Under the pieces are notes generated by a model, which searched no databases, was not told the origin of the DNA, and saw nothing but the letters and a program-made list of their open reading frames with translations. A stretch of 64,000 nt of DNA from Octopus bimaculoides (taxonomy: Eukaryota): contig NC_068992.1 of the NCBI RefSeq assembly GCF_001194135.2, positions 18,262,711 through 18,326,710 on the forward strand, in the 5' to 3' direction. Both the position numbers and the translations under genes were made by a program. This document shows, one piece after another, positions 25,383-38,600 of the stretch (within the stretch, counting starts at the first letter, position 1; each line of letters starts with the position of its first letter).

Positions 25383-28300
25383 GTTTGAGATTTCTTATAT
25401 GTATAAGTATGTATAAGTGTTTGTCTCCATTTATATATATATATATATATACACATTCAGCCATTTTCAAAATCAAAGGACACCAAATCTATTAGGGGAA
25501 ACCCAACCAAATTGTTAGAATATTCAGAAAACTAAAACTATCAAAAGAATTTTTACAAGATTACCCATGTTAAAAAACAAATTCAATCCACTTTATAAAG
25601 ATTTGTACATACATTTCGCTGTTTTCACGTTCGAATAATGCATTAAAATTTCGAAAGATTTATATAATGGAATGGCGTCTTTTATTTCCTTTGCAACAAC
25701 ATGACTCAGTTTTGCTTTGTAATGAAAATATACATGAGCGAACAATTTGAATATCGTATATTGTACAATGTATATTACTGTTAAGTGTTTGAATCGATAT
25801 GGCAGTAAACAGGTTACATACAACCGGTCCACCGAAGATTGCTTATATTTTTTGCGTCTCATACAGCTTCGTAACCTATTAGAATGTTAGGTTTAGAAAT
25901 AAAAGTAGGATCGCTTTCTCCATACATTTCTGATGAACCAATATTACTGCGATTAGCAAACTCATTATTGCAAACTTTAAAATTACTCGTCCATATTACA
26001 CTGCAATCAATTCCTACCTAAGTTATTCAAACATACCAGTGCAGAACTGGGGTAGATAACATCGCCTGCAATCTACCATAAACACGATAAAAGATTTAAT
26101 AATTATATATTCAAATCCCACTGGGATCTATATTGACTTTCATATCATTATTGATGGTCGATATTAGATAGCCGTTATTTGATAGTCGATAAAATATGTA
26201 CCAACCAAACACTGGAATCTAGCTAAATGACGACTATTCCTATTTCCTAAAATGTATGGCATTGTGCTGATACTAGAAATCAATATTACGGTGTATCATG
26301 AATCAAACATTCGATCTAGAACTGACTCACAGCCAGTGACAAAATATAAACTACAGAATCATTTGCTGATTCTTCGTCAGTCAACCGCAGAAATTAATCT
26401 GTCAGGCACGCTAGGCTAAACTTTAAATTTCCTATCTGCATATAAGTATTATATGTACCAGTATTATACTATGCACATAACATTGAATCTAGTTTTCACC
26501 TATACGATACCAGTCTGCGTTAAGCAAATTTAAGATAATAATGTATACTACCAATAATCGTTTGAAAAGAATTGAACGAAAAGGAAACTCAAAGATATAA
26601 CATATCAAATTAATAATAAGTTCTTGTGGCCAGAATATTCGGAGAATTGCTTCTCTTTTCAGTTTCAATAGAGCTGTTTCTAAACTGCAGGTTATTTCAA
26701 TCAATATTTGCTATACTCATATCACTTGGACTATTTTAAAAATTTATACAGAGAGAGAAATAATGCCTCAATGATATTTACAGATTTCTAAAAACATGGT
26801 GAGATCAAAGACATTGATGTCTACCTTGAAATTCTGCTGCGGGTTGATATCAGTGATAAGAAATGCTGTGCTGTGGTAGGTTGTAGTGCTGTCCAATAGA
26901 TGTTTCACAAATTATTTCGTGAGATTCATGAATAATGATACATAATATGAATAATTAGATACGTGTAGAAAACACAGCGCGTTCAGTCTCAAGCGGTTAT
27001 TTTGCTGTTTATAGTCATTAATGTGTATGTTGTTATGTGCGTCTCCGCCAAGAAAGTTGATGATCTGTTTATTGTCAACATCTCTGTGTTTGACTGCTGT
27101 GCAATCTCAGATATGTGAGCCGTACTGAATTGCAGACGGCATTTGAACTTTACAATAACTCAGATGATCTCTTCCACTTAACAAATATTCCAGTTCTAAT
27201 GAAGCTACCTTATCTTTACGGGTCAGACCTATTAACGTTGTGAACGTAAGGTCACAATGAGATCTCACTAGTTATTGTGTAGCCTCATCCTCTACACATG
27301 AAATTCAAGCCGTTCTTAAATATCAAGCCTCCAAGGTTTATACAATAAATAAAAAGTAATATTCTTGAGTAAATTCAACAAATATACTGTCTCTTGTCTA
27401 GAACCTGATTTTGTACGTATTAAAATATAAATTAAATTTGTCATCTACGCCAGGCGGCAATTATGTCTTTTATCTCTCTAGAAACAAAGAAAACATTAGC
27501 AGTAATAGACTATGGAAATGGATATTTTCGCTGTCAATTGAAATCAATAAAACCGCCATTAACTTCTAAAATATATAAAAATGCTTCAAACTTTAACTAT
27601 TACTAACGTTATCACAAACAATGCTTCAGTCTGAAAATGTATTCTTCAATTCATTTATATGCAACTGGATTGTTCTAACAAAATTGAAACTAATTTCACT
27701 ATTGTTTCAATTGTTAAATAATATATTGGCTGTCTATTAACTATTTCGTATACAATGCTGTCTAACGTGAAAATCTGTTTTTTCTTCTTTTAAATATAGT
27801 TGTTTGTAATTCTAAAAGCGATCACTAGCGATTTTAGTTAAACACTTTAGAAGATGCCAAAATAAAACAAAACAAAAAAACAACAAAAAAAAAACAAAAG
27901 AAAAGAATACAGGCACTTTCAAAGCAAAGCAAATTGATGTTTGTATGATTGGTTTACAAAATAGGAATTTTCTTATCGATTTTAACACATTTATTTCTTT
28001 CCTTTTTTTAAAACTACAATTTCGTACTAATTAAACTTGATATATCAGTAAGTATACAGCTAAAACACCATATGTACAATTTTGTTTACAATAGATGATT
28101 GGTTGAAATTAATACTTCTATCCTGTGAATTGAAGTTCTTAAATAGATGAAAGAATTTGAAGTGATTATGAACAAGAAAGATGGATAGAATATTTGTTAG
28201 AATCAACGAAAATAAAACGAAAATAAATATTAAGAAACGGAAAACATTTTTACAGACAAATGGAGGAGTAAGTAAAAATCGACGATAAAATTTTCACAAA

Positions 28301-28989
28301 AAATATATTGATTTTATTCCAAAGTAGGTATAATATCACATTTAATATAAAGCCACGGCTGATAAAATCTAGCTTAGAAAATATCACAATAGATTGTGGG
28401 CGGACAAAGGCCAATATTGGCACCTTGCATTATTTCATCTCGGCATTCGTATTTGAACTGAGCACAGTAAATCAACAAGTTAGGTTTGCATTTACACAAA
28501 TACACTTCACTTTTACATATAGGCATACGACTCAATATATTTTAGAGGACAAATGGATGTGTGCGTGTGTTCGCATGTGTGTGCGCGTGCGTGTGTATAG
28601 TTGCTGCTGACGTGTTAATACTTTACACAACGACGACTGAGCTACTGACACGCGCTACCGTGTACTGTACCCAAAGCAAGAAAATGATGTCGCTGATATA
28701 ATGTGAAGCTGACAACTGCTTACGTGGCGCCAGCCTCGTAGCAACATTTTGTTTGAAAACGATTGTCAAAAGTAAAGAGAATACCAGGTGTTACTTTCAT
28801 GTGGTACTTAATACCACGTGACCTGAGCTGACCAATAGGGGCCATCAAGGATCCATCTTGAATCTTTCAAAAAATTTCGAAGTATATATATATTGTTTAT
28901 TATTATTATGATATCTTATTATATAGTTATTATTGTATAAAAACAAAACAACATTTGTAGTCGCTTTTTCACTGTAACATATCAAGACT

Positions 28990-29900
28990 CCGGGTTTGCT
29001 TACAAATATTATATGTAGTACTACACAGTTAAGTATCTACACATAAAATTTGATTGAAATATATGGATGACTGTTGTGGTTCAATCGGATGCGCAAGGAG
29101 TCATATATATATGGTGGGGGGGGGTTTAATACAATTCGGGTAATAACCTTGTAACATGCATTTAAAAGCTGCTACACCGTTATTGGCTAACACATGTCAC
29201 TCTACAGCAGAATATTTTCCAAGGCTGGATAAAGATGTAGGAAACCGCGCTATTGTATTGGAGTCACATGAAAATAATAAGCGGATGGGAAATACCAGGA
29301 TTTAGTTGTTTTCACTTTTCATTTATATATAATGTTCTTTCTAAAGTAATCATTCTCCAGGAGACATATGCCTTTTGTTTCTGAAGATGCACTTTTTAAT
29401 TTCATTTATTGTTACCTGATTTGCTCTAGTTTCATCCTTATTCCTATTTCGTTTCGCATCGAGCGTATTGATGTAGCAGCTATTGTTTATACTATTTCGA
29501 TTGTTTGTGACTTCTTCCTTAATAACTCCATCTGCATTTGTTTCCCTCCTGTTTTCTAATTCATTTCTCCCATCCATGCTAATGTTTCCATTTATATTGG
29601 AAATTTAAGAATAGATATTATTCTCCCCTTCACTATGATCTATCCACCCTGCACTATTTTGAGTTCTGCTTTCGCATTCTAGTCTCAACTTAGCTTTTTA
29701 TTATTTAATCTGTGTATATACTATTCTAGGCTGTGGAGTGTCGCATATGACAACTTCACACTATGCCGGGAAAAGATCTGATATCTCCAAGACCTATGAA
29801 ATTGTCTATTTAATGCAGAGAAAAATTCAGGAGAATTTTGGATTCGACTTGTAATCCAAATACCGAATTCAACAATAACATGTCATCCTTACTGTTGAGT
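28990..29900 (-). pseudogene. PLE remnant (thumb, Asn/Arg-rich linker, GIY-YIG start)
   Basis: Minus strand: YQIFSRHSVKLSYATLHSLE*YIHRLNNKKL; ORF 29350-29577 Asn-rich linker ending KKCIFRNK; shifted CLLENDYFRKNIIYK*KVKT. Confidence 0.75.
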
Positions 29901-29957
29901 TCATATAACTATACAGAGTTCTGCAACAGCATTTCCAATACGGATTAAACTCTTTTA

Positions 29958-30016
29958 CTTTAGTCGAGCAAATCGACCCCAGGACCTATTATTTGTAAGC
30001 CTAGTACTTATTCTAA
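29958..30016 (-). mobile_element. SINE family B 3' fragment
   Basis: The reverse complement TAGAATAAGTACTAGGCTTACAAATAATAGGTCCTGGGGTCGAT matches 46555-46597. Confidence 0.7.
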
Positions 30017-30115
30017 AAATCAATAAAGTACGTAAAAGAAGAACTAGTAAATGGTATAAAAATGAATACGCAAGNNNNNNNNNNCAAAAATATACTGACT
30101 CGTCAGGTCTAAAAT

Positions 30116-30142
30116 ATAATAATAATAATAATAATAATAATC

Positions 30143-30213
<71 letters not shown>
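30116..30213. repeat. (AAT)n microsatellite
   Basis: Direct reading. Confidence 0.95.
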
Positions 30214-30218
<5 letters not shown>

Positions 30219-30777
30219 TCAATGTATATATTGCAATGTATAATAAATATCAAATAAATATATTAAAAAATACTTGTTTTAACAATAAATAAAGATATAA
30301 TCGAAAAACATTAAAAAATATTTCTTAAAATAAAATCAAAACATATCTTTACGAAGAATTGCTGTTAAACTAAAATTTTAAGCGTAATACGTAGAACTAA
30401 GCGTTTATAAGAAATATATCGCGTGCAAATACAGCGTAAATAAAAAAATTATGGAATAATGAGATAGAAATATGTATTTAAACCGTTAAGATGACATAAT
30501 GTATTTTAGATGTGAGAATAAGAAAAAACTTAACTGTAGTATACCGTTTACTTAAACATTCTAAAGTCTAAATAACTTGAATATAAAATACGTAAAATAT
30601 ATTATATATAATATACATGAATGAAGCTAAATTACAATAGTTTAATATATTTTCATTAATTTATGTATTTATTTATTTTATAAACATCTTAATTTAATCT
30701 TATTCTAAATATGTAATATATCCGTTATAATCTCGTGCTAATTTATACACATTCTACTACTACAAATCATATAAATA

Positions 30778-31145
30778 CAGGGTGATTCAAAAGTCTCCAT
30801 ACATAGCAAATTGTTATTTTTTTTTATAAGAAAGAGTTTATAAGATCCTCTAGATTCCATGATCTGACTCTTCTTGATTTCTATCTTTGGGGCATTTGAA
30901 AGGCATATTGTATCGCAGGAAGATAAAAGAAATAAATCATTTGAAGGAACGCCTCACCAACTCCTTTGCACACGTATCACCAAATGTGTTATTACGAGTT
31001 CCCAATGAGTTGGGTAAACGTATTGCAATGTATATTCAAAACAATGGTAACCATATAGAGCCTGTTAGATAAAAAAAAACTGTTCTTATAAACTGTTTCC
31101 TATAAAAAAATAAATTGTTCCTATGTATGGCGAGTTTTGAATCAC

Positions 31146-31149
<4 letters not shown>
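30778..31149 (+). mobile_element. 372-bp miniature mariner element with ~55-bp TIRs, TA TSD and residual transposase C-terminus
   Basis: TA|CAGGGTGATTCAAAAGTCTCCATACATAG...; the reverse complement of the right end is CAGAGTGATTCAAAACTCGCCATACATAGG. Internal: DLTLLDFYL(W)GHLKGILY...LKERLT...RIAMYIQNNGNHIE. Confidence 0.9.
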
Positions 31150-31200
<51 letters not shown>

Positions 31201-31291
31201 NNNNNNNNNNNNNNNNNNNNNNNNNNNNNNNNNNNNNNNNNNNNNNNNNNNNNNNNNNNNNNNNNNNNNNNNNNNNNNNNNNNNNNNNNNN

Positions 31292-31336
<45 letters not shown>

Positions 31337-31621
31337 GGGGATCAGTTCACTAGATTATCTAACCGAATAGGTACAGTGAGTAAGTGCTATAAGTGGTCAT
31401 ACTTTAGGTTCCAAGTTCACAGATCCCTATACACACACACACGCCCGCGCACGCACACACACACACACACACACGCACGCACACACACACACGCACACAC
31501 AATCAATACACACACACACACATATGTATATATATTTGCCTATTCTGCACATTAGCTTGCCTTCAATCTGATTGTTATAATTCTTTAAATGTAAAATTTA
31601 AAATGTAATATCATTTTTATA

Positions 31622-31827
31622 ACAAGTAATTTTCGTAGCCACTTTAACATGGCTGTCCGTTCGAGCGGACTCTATTGCGATTTTTTAGCCACAACAGGAC
31701 ATCTCCTCTAGTTGTTTGCCGATGCATCGTTAACCAGCTAGAGGAGATGTCCTCTTGTGGTTAAAAAATCGCAATAGAGTCCGCTCGAACGGGCAGCCAT
31801 TTTAAAGTGGCTACGAATATAACTTGT
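31622..31827. mobile_element. 206-bp near-perfect palindrome (fold-back MITE)
   Basis: Symmetric about 31724/31725 with no indels; ~10 mismatches in 103 pairs by hand count; centre CGATGCATCG. Confidence 0.9.
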
Positions 31828-32457
31828 CATTACAACTACTGCGTTGATCTCTTAGATTTTAGAACTAGCATTTTTATAATGCATTGTAGAAAAATATATT
31901 TATTGTAACGCTCGATATAAATATAATAAATATAATATCAGTACAGCACCACAAAGGATCCACAAAAAAAGCAACAAGGAAAACCTCATCACTCGCAACG
32001 ACAAAAAAAAGTAGGATGTCACCTATGCAAATATTCCTTACGTTTATAATGTCAACCTCAGTAAGAATTATGTAAATGTCAACCTATGCATCTGTCAAAG
32101 ATTTCTTTATGTAAGCACATTTTTAAGGAAATATCAATTATGCATTGTCAAAATGAGGGAAAAATACTACATACTAAACAATAATAAAAGTCACAAAAGA
32201 ATAGAGAAAATGTATGGGAGTTGAGCGTTTGTACACATTTAAAAGGAAAATGTTAAACCATGCACAACAATCTAAATATAGTATATAATAAATAAATATA
32301 GACAAGGTATTCATAGGAAGAAATTTTATAAAAGTAATAAATATACTCGAGAAAAATATCAAGATATGAACACGTTTAGTAATAAAAATTTATTTCACTC
32401 AGAAATGACATAGAAATAATTTTTGTCATATTTCAGTTAACTGTCTTTCTCTTTGCC

Positions 32458-32500
<43 letters not shown>

Positions 32501-32585
32501 ATATATATGTCTGTGCGTATGTATGTATGTGTGTATGTAATGTTATTTTGTGTTAATCTAATTCTATTACTTGTGTTTGATATTG

Positions 32586-32701
32586 TCTTCTTCTTCTTCT
32601 TCTTCTTCTTCTTCTTCTTCTTCTTCTTCTTCTTCTTCTTCTTCTTCTTCTTCTTCTTCTTCTTCTTCTTCTTCTTCTTTTTCTTCTTCTCCTCCTTCTT
32701 C

Positions 32702-32748
<47 letters not shown>
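32586..32748. repeat. Compound (TTC)n-(TAT)n microsatellite
   Basis: Direct reading. Confidence 0.95.
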
Positions 32749-32749
<1 letters not shown>

Positions 32750-33246
32750 GGTGAGAGAGCAGAGCATGTCATCAAAGTGACACTGGGAAAAAATATACGA
32801 AGCCCGGTATACCTATCATGACTACCCGTCTGATACAGGTACACCAAGCAAATGCATCACAAACATATGTGCACAATATGGTGATCTCATATGAAGATAA
32901 ACAACGCATGAACCTGCAGTGGGGACCCAGTTAGAATATTCTTGAGGTCGAGTAGCCCATCCCGTGAATAAAGTTAGTTTAAGGATTTTGAATGAAACAC
33001 ACATGTTTCTAGAGATGAATCATTCAAACTCCAAAGAGTTCCTTTCAAAACATGGCTATGATGCTCCACCACTACTTTTGCTAATGATCAGCGATGCACA
33101 TAACGTCAGCCACTAAGGGACATGTTATGGTCAAACAAGTGACAAGCAGATCTTTTATACGAAGACAAAACAATGTACATGATAACACGTCCAATCAGTT
33201 AAGAGCAGAAGCCATGAAAGCCACTGCCTGGTACTGCATCAGGGCA

Positions 33247-33437
<191 letters not shown>

Positions 33438-33714
33438 TTAATAAACACCATATATGTATTTATGTGTTACTATCAGTTCCATGAGATGAAATCATGCCAG
33501 ACAGTATTGTTTTAATACATCTAGTGTCTCAGCGTAATCTGCAGGCGCTGCCCACATGGCATAACAAGCTAAAATATGACGGTAAGATGAAAGGAAAAAC
33601 GAGAAAAGGCGAGAACGAAGGAGATGTAAAAGGTGGAAGGTTGAGAAAGCGGAAAAGGAATACAGAAAGAAGCAACAGTGGTGTATTAGAGTCATTTCTC
33701 CTTTGCCCGTAAAA

Positions 33715-34050
33715 TATGAGGCTGAAAAGATTGTGGCCTAGAGTTTGTGGTATAGCTGCTCAATCCGGAGAGTTTAGATACTATGTTACTAATGTTAGCT
33801 ATCAAGTTTTAAATACCACAAGTGGCATGTGTTACAAGACTGTTTATGGATATAGGAAATTTTCTCGTGGACTTATGGTAAGGTTCATAAGAGGAGAAGT
33901 TTAGGTCTAGGTAGGAAAACATCGATAAAATCTGATTTTAAGATCTAATTGGTAGAAGGAAATTGTTTCCTAAAATTATCTCGGGTGTAACCGTCATAGC
34001 TATCGGAAGTACCCAATCCGTCATCTAGGTATAGACCAATGTCGTGAGAT
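33715..34050 (-). pseudogene. PLE reverse-transcriptase remnant
   Basis: Minus strand: LYLDDGL (PLE YRDDGL catalytic motif), DFIDVFL, YEPYHK..EKISYIHKQS, IANISNIVSKLS. Confidence 0.8.
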
Positions 34051-34104
34051 GAGTACTTTGATCTCAATGTGTCTTCATGTTTCAGATTCTGCTAATCAAT
34101 ATCT

Positions 34105-34530
34105 TTATGAATAGACTCCATTTCTTAAGTTTTGTGTATTGGCATATTCCATTATATGTAGGCTTTGGCATTTTCTGAGACCTTTTCTAGAGTATTCCTG
34201 TCGCCTCTCGCGTGTTGTCATTCCATAATCATAATGCAAATTCCAGTGTATGTAAGTCCTAACTCTGCCATGCCTGTAGTTATATTCTTTCTTCGCTAAG
34301 ATTGGACACTCAATTTTTCCCTCCACATCACCATTTAATCTGCAGTTATTTATAGTAATTTACTTCAATATGTGTATTTGGTGGTTTCTGGTGAGGAAAA
34401 TCTGATCTTATGCTGCAATTAAGAACCTGTCAGTGTTTGCTTAGAATCCAGAGACTCTCAGCCAGCGTTGAGATTTTATTTAAACTGTTTCTTTTCTGTT
34501 CAGTTTATTCCAGTATTTAATATACCAGGT
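34105..34530 (-). pseudogene. Non-LTR retrotransposon remnant, RLE-type (R4/Dong-like) C-terminal zinc-knuckle region
   Basis: KYWNKLNRKE...KSQRWLRVSG..NTDRFLIAA*DQ..LTRNHQ...NCRL...CPILAKKEYNYRHGRVRTYIHWNL...WNMPIH (TEGFxxAAQDQ, CRxC, CPxLA..Y..RHD, LWDxPI pattern). Confidence 0.8.
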
Positions 34531-35325
34531 GTTTTCTCATCATCGTTCACATTTTGTAGTCCGATGCCTTCTATCGTTTCAAGGCCCATATAAATGTACC
34601 AATTTATGACGACTAATTGGCGGGACTAAAACATATGCCTTTGCAGTATCTGTTCTGGTTCTTACGCTTTACCAAACTGTTTGAGCACAAGCTAGCGACA
34701 ATCCCCGTCAATAAACAGGAATGCAGTAGAGAGAGAAGTGTTACCCAAGTTTGCATATTTATGTATGCAAATGACGGGCCAACATTACTCCTTCAGCATT
34801 CAGACCGCTTTGTCAAATGTAATCCATATTTAGTCACGTTCTTTAGAGATAATCATGTATTGTCATGTAGCTTTGAGATTTCAAAGTTATGGTTGTTTAC
34901 TTATAGAATGACACTGAAGGGCAGGTGTGTGAAGCTGGATCTGGTCAGTTTGAAGATGAAACAGGCAAAATAGTTGGGCCGGATATGGCCGATTAAAATG
35001 CTAAGGGAATAACTGACTTAAACTGTACAATGGTGGACAATATTGAAAGGACCGACTACAAACGCTTCAGAATTCCTACTCTCAGCAGGTGACTGTAGAC
35101 AAGGGGATGAAAGCAGAAATGACGTTGTCTTTATTGATAAAGGTATTCCTACATTTTTAGTGGGATCTCTGTTTGAAACCTGTTACTGTCTCCTTGGGAG
35201 GTGTTATTATTTTTCCACTTCTACTGGTTTTCTCATATGCGACTCTGCATAATCACTGAACTCATTTTAAAAATTTATCCATATAATGTCCAATCACTTC
35301 GCTCTTTTGGTAAATAATATAACTC

Positions 35326-35327
<2 letters not shown>

Positions 35328-35356
<29 letters not shown>

Positions 35357-35375
35357 CATTATTATTATTTTTATT

Positions 35376-35459
<84 letters not shown>

Positions 35460-35460
35460 A
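35328..35460. repeat. (ATT)n microsatellite
   Basis: Direct reading. Confidence 0.95.
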
Positions 35461-38419
35461 CTGTTGTTGCTGATGTTATTGATGTTATTTAAAATTTTGA
35501 TAGCTTCATCCATATTTTCGATTGTTGCAGATTGGAAAATATTTTTAGAGAAAAAATATACGAAGATGTAATTTAATTTTTCGAATACATGAAAAATGTA
35601 TAGATTATATGCGCCACATTCGACATTTAGATACGTATGCATATATGCACGCGTACACACACACAGATAATATTTATGTACATATACATAATACATATAT
35701 ACATTATACATATGCATAATATTGCTATTCTATTCTATTATATATATATATATATATGCATACATAGCACTTACACATGTACATATATGCATATGAAATT
35801 ATATACAAATTTGTATGAAACCATACATATAGGTTTATATGATTATTTGCGAATTTATATAGAAATATGCGCGTACGTTTTTTGCGTGTGTATATAGGGG
35901 TGTTTGCATAGATACATGTATACATATATTTATGATACACATGCATATATACCGATGTAATATACATATATATGCATATACTACATATATAGTTATTAAT
36001 ACTGACATATATAACACTTATACTTATAAATACATACATATATATGTGTTTGTATATATGTACATANNNNNNNNNNNNNNNNNNNNNNNNNNNNNNNNNN
36101 NNNNNNNNNNNNNNNNNNNNNNNNNNNNNNNNNNNNNNNNNNNNNNNNNNNNNNNNNNNNNNNNNNNNNNNNNNNNNNNNNNNNNNNNNNNNNNNNNNNN
36201 NNNNNNNNNNNNNNNNNNNNNNNNNNNNNNNNNNNNNNNNNNNNNNNNNNNNNNNNNNNNNNNNNNNNNNNNNNNNNNNNNNNNNNNNNNNNNNNNNNNN
36301 NNNNNNNNNNNNNNNNNNNNNNNNNNNNNNNNNNNNNNNNNNNNNNNNNNNNNNNNNNNNNNNNNNNNNNNNNNNNNNNNNNNNNNNNNNNNNNNNNNNN
36401 NNNNNNNNNNNNNNNNNNNNNNNNNNNNNNNNNNNNNNNNNNNNNNNNNNNNNNNNNNNNNNNNNNNNNNNNNNNNNNNNNNNNNNNNNNNNNNNNNNNN
36501 NNNNNNNNNNNNNNNNNNNNNNNNNNNNNNNNNNNNNNNNNNNNNTATATATATATATACATATACATATACAAGAATACATATATATTCACATACGAAT
36601 TAAAATCGCATAAGATCGAAAGTAGAATGAACAAACTTTTTGCTTTTCTCTTAAACATTTTTTCTTTTAAATTACCTCGGAGCGTTTATCCTTTTGATCT
36701 TAATTGAAACTATTCACATATTTACAGAGAATATATGTATTTTAAGTGCTACATTACTGTTTTTCTTTCTTTTATCTACGATGTCAAAATGAAACAAGAA
36801 TTATTAAATAACTTACCGCAAGGAAAAATAAAATTTAAAAATAAGGAAAGATAACTCATTTCGTTTACTTTATATTTCCACTCGAAATTTTTCCATAATG
36901 ATATACTAAATGGACTTATAAAAAGGATGTCCGTCTCCCATTTATGGCACATTATATAAATATAGCGTGCTTGAATTATTAATACAATCAGTCAATCTTA
37001 AAAATAAGAATTTTGTTTAAATTTCCAATAATTTAATACTTACTGACTTGAAATTGCGTATGCAGACATGTATGCATGCAAAAATGTATGTTGTCTGCAT
37101 GTAACAGTGATATATATATATATATATATTGGTGTATAAATGTATGTATAGGTATATGTATATTACATACGCACACATACATTATAAAAACAGGGCAATA
37201 CTACTACTACTGCTACTGCTACTGCTACTGCTGCAACTTCTTCTTTTTCTTCTTCTTCTTCTTCTTCTTCTTCTTCTTCTTCTTCTTCNNNNNNNNNNNN
37301 NNNNNNNNNNNNNNNNNNNNNNNNNNNNNNNNNNNNNNNNNNNNNNNNNNNNNNNNNNNNNNNNNNNNNNNNNNNNNNNNNNNNNNNNNNNNNNNNNNNN
37401 NNNNNNNNNNNNNNNNNNNNNNNNNNNNNNNNNNNNNNNNNNNNNNNNNNNNNNNNNNNNNNNNNNNNNNNNNNNNNNNNNNNNNNNNNNNNNNNNNNNN
37501 NNNNNNNNNNNNNNNNNNNNNNNNNNNNNNNNNNNNNNNNNNNNNNNNNNNNNNNNNNNNNNNNNNNNNNNNNNNNNNNNNNNNNNNNNNNNNNNNNNNN
37601 NNNNNNNNNNNNNNNNNNNNNNNNNNNNNNNNNNNNNNNNNNNNNNNNNNNNNNNNNNNNNNNNNNNNNNNNNNNNNNNNNNNNNNNNNNNNNNNNNNNN
37701 NNNNNNNNNNNNNNNNNNNNNNNNNNNNNNNNNNNNNNNNNNNNNNNNNNNNNNNNNNNNNNNNNNNNNNNNNNNNNNNNNNNNNNNNNNNNNNNNNNNN
37801 NNNNNNNNNNNNNNNNNNNNNNNNNNNNNNNNNNNNNNNNNNNNNNNNNNNNNNNNNNNNNNNNNNNNNNNNNNNNNNNNNNNNNNNNNNNNNNNNNNNN
37901 NNNNNNNNNNNNNNNNNNNNNNNNNNNNNNNNNNNNNNNNNNNNNNNNNNNNNNNNNNNNNNNNNNNNNNNNNNNNNNNNNNNNNNNNNNNNNNNNNNNN
38001 NNNNNNNNNNNNNNNNNNNNNNNNNNNNNNNNNNNNNNNNNNNNNNNNNNNNNNNNNNNNNNNNNNNNNNNNNNNNNNNNNNNNNNNNNNNNNNNNNNNN
38101 NNNNNNNNNNNNNNNNNNNNNNNNNNNNNNNNNNNNNNNNNNNNNNNNNNNNNNNNNNNNNNTATATATATATATATATATATATATGTTTTATATGTAA
38201 ACTAACGACAGTGTACAATAAGATCCATGTTGGCAAATTATAGAGTTTCAATGGTAATCCAGGTAGGGGGTGGGGTAATGTGCTAAAAACTTTCACACGT
38301 AGGAGGGAGATAAGATTCCGAAATAGGGGTGACGTTCAGTGAGACAGGGTTATTCTGGAAATACGACCTGAGCGTATGTCCTACCAATAATGCAGACACA
38401 CCCTTTTCTCTCCATATAT

Positions 38420-38600
38420 ATTTTCTTGTCTCCATCTGTTTTCTCTCCTCATTCCTTTATGTAGAGGATCGCAGGCTCGAAACGTCGAAGACATCTTCCA
38501 GTTTTCATGAACGTCAAATAAACATTGTTTCTTGTTCCATCATCCGCTTCCGTCTTTTGTTTTGTCATTTTTGTATCATTTCGAACTAAATATGTGTGTG
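38420..38600 (+). mobile_element. Probable PLE-type terminal repeat with a mutated hammerhead motif
   Basis: CTTT-ATGTAGA-G-GATC-GCAG-GCTC-GAAA-CGTC-GAAG at 38455-38490, followed by a T-rich tail and a microsatellite. Confidence 0.4.

Noticed and set aside
26826-26920. Minus-strand donor CAAG|GTAGAC with a short open frame
   Set aside because: In-frame stop just upstream, weak acceptor, and no recognisable product.
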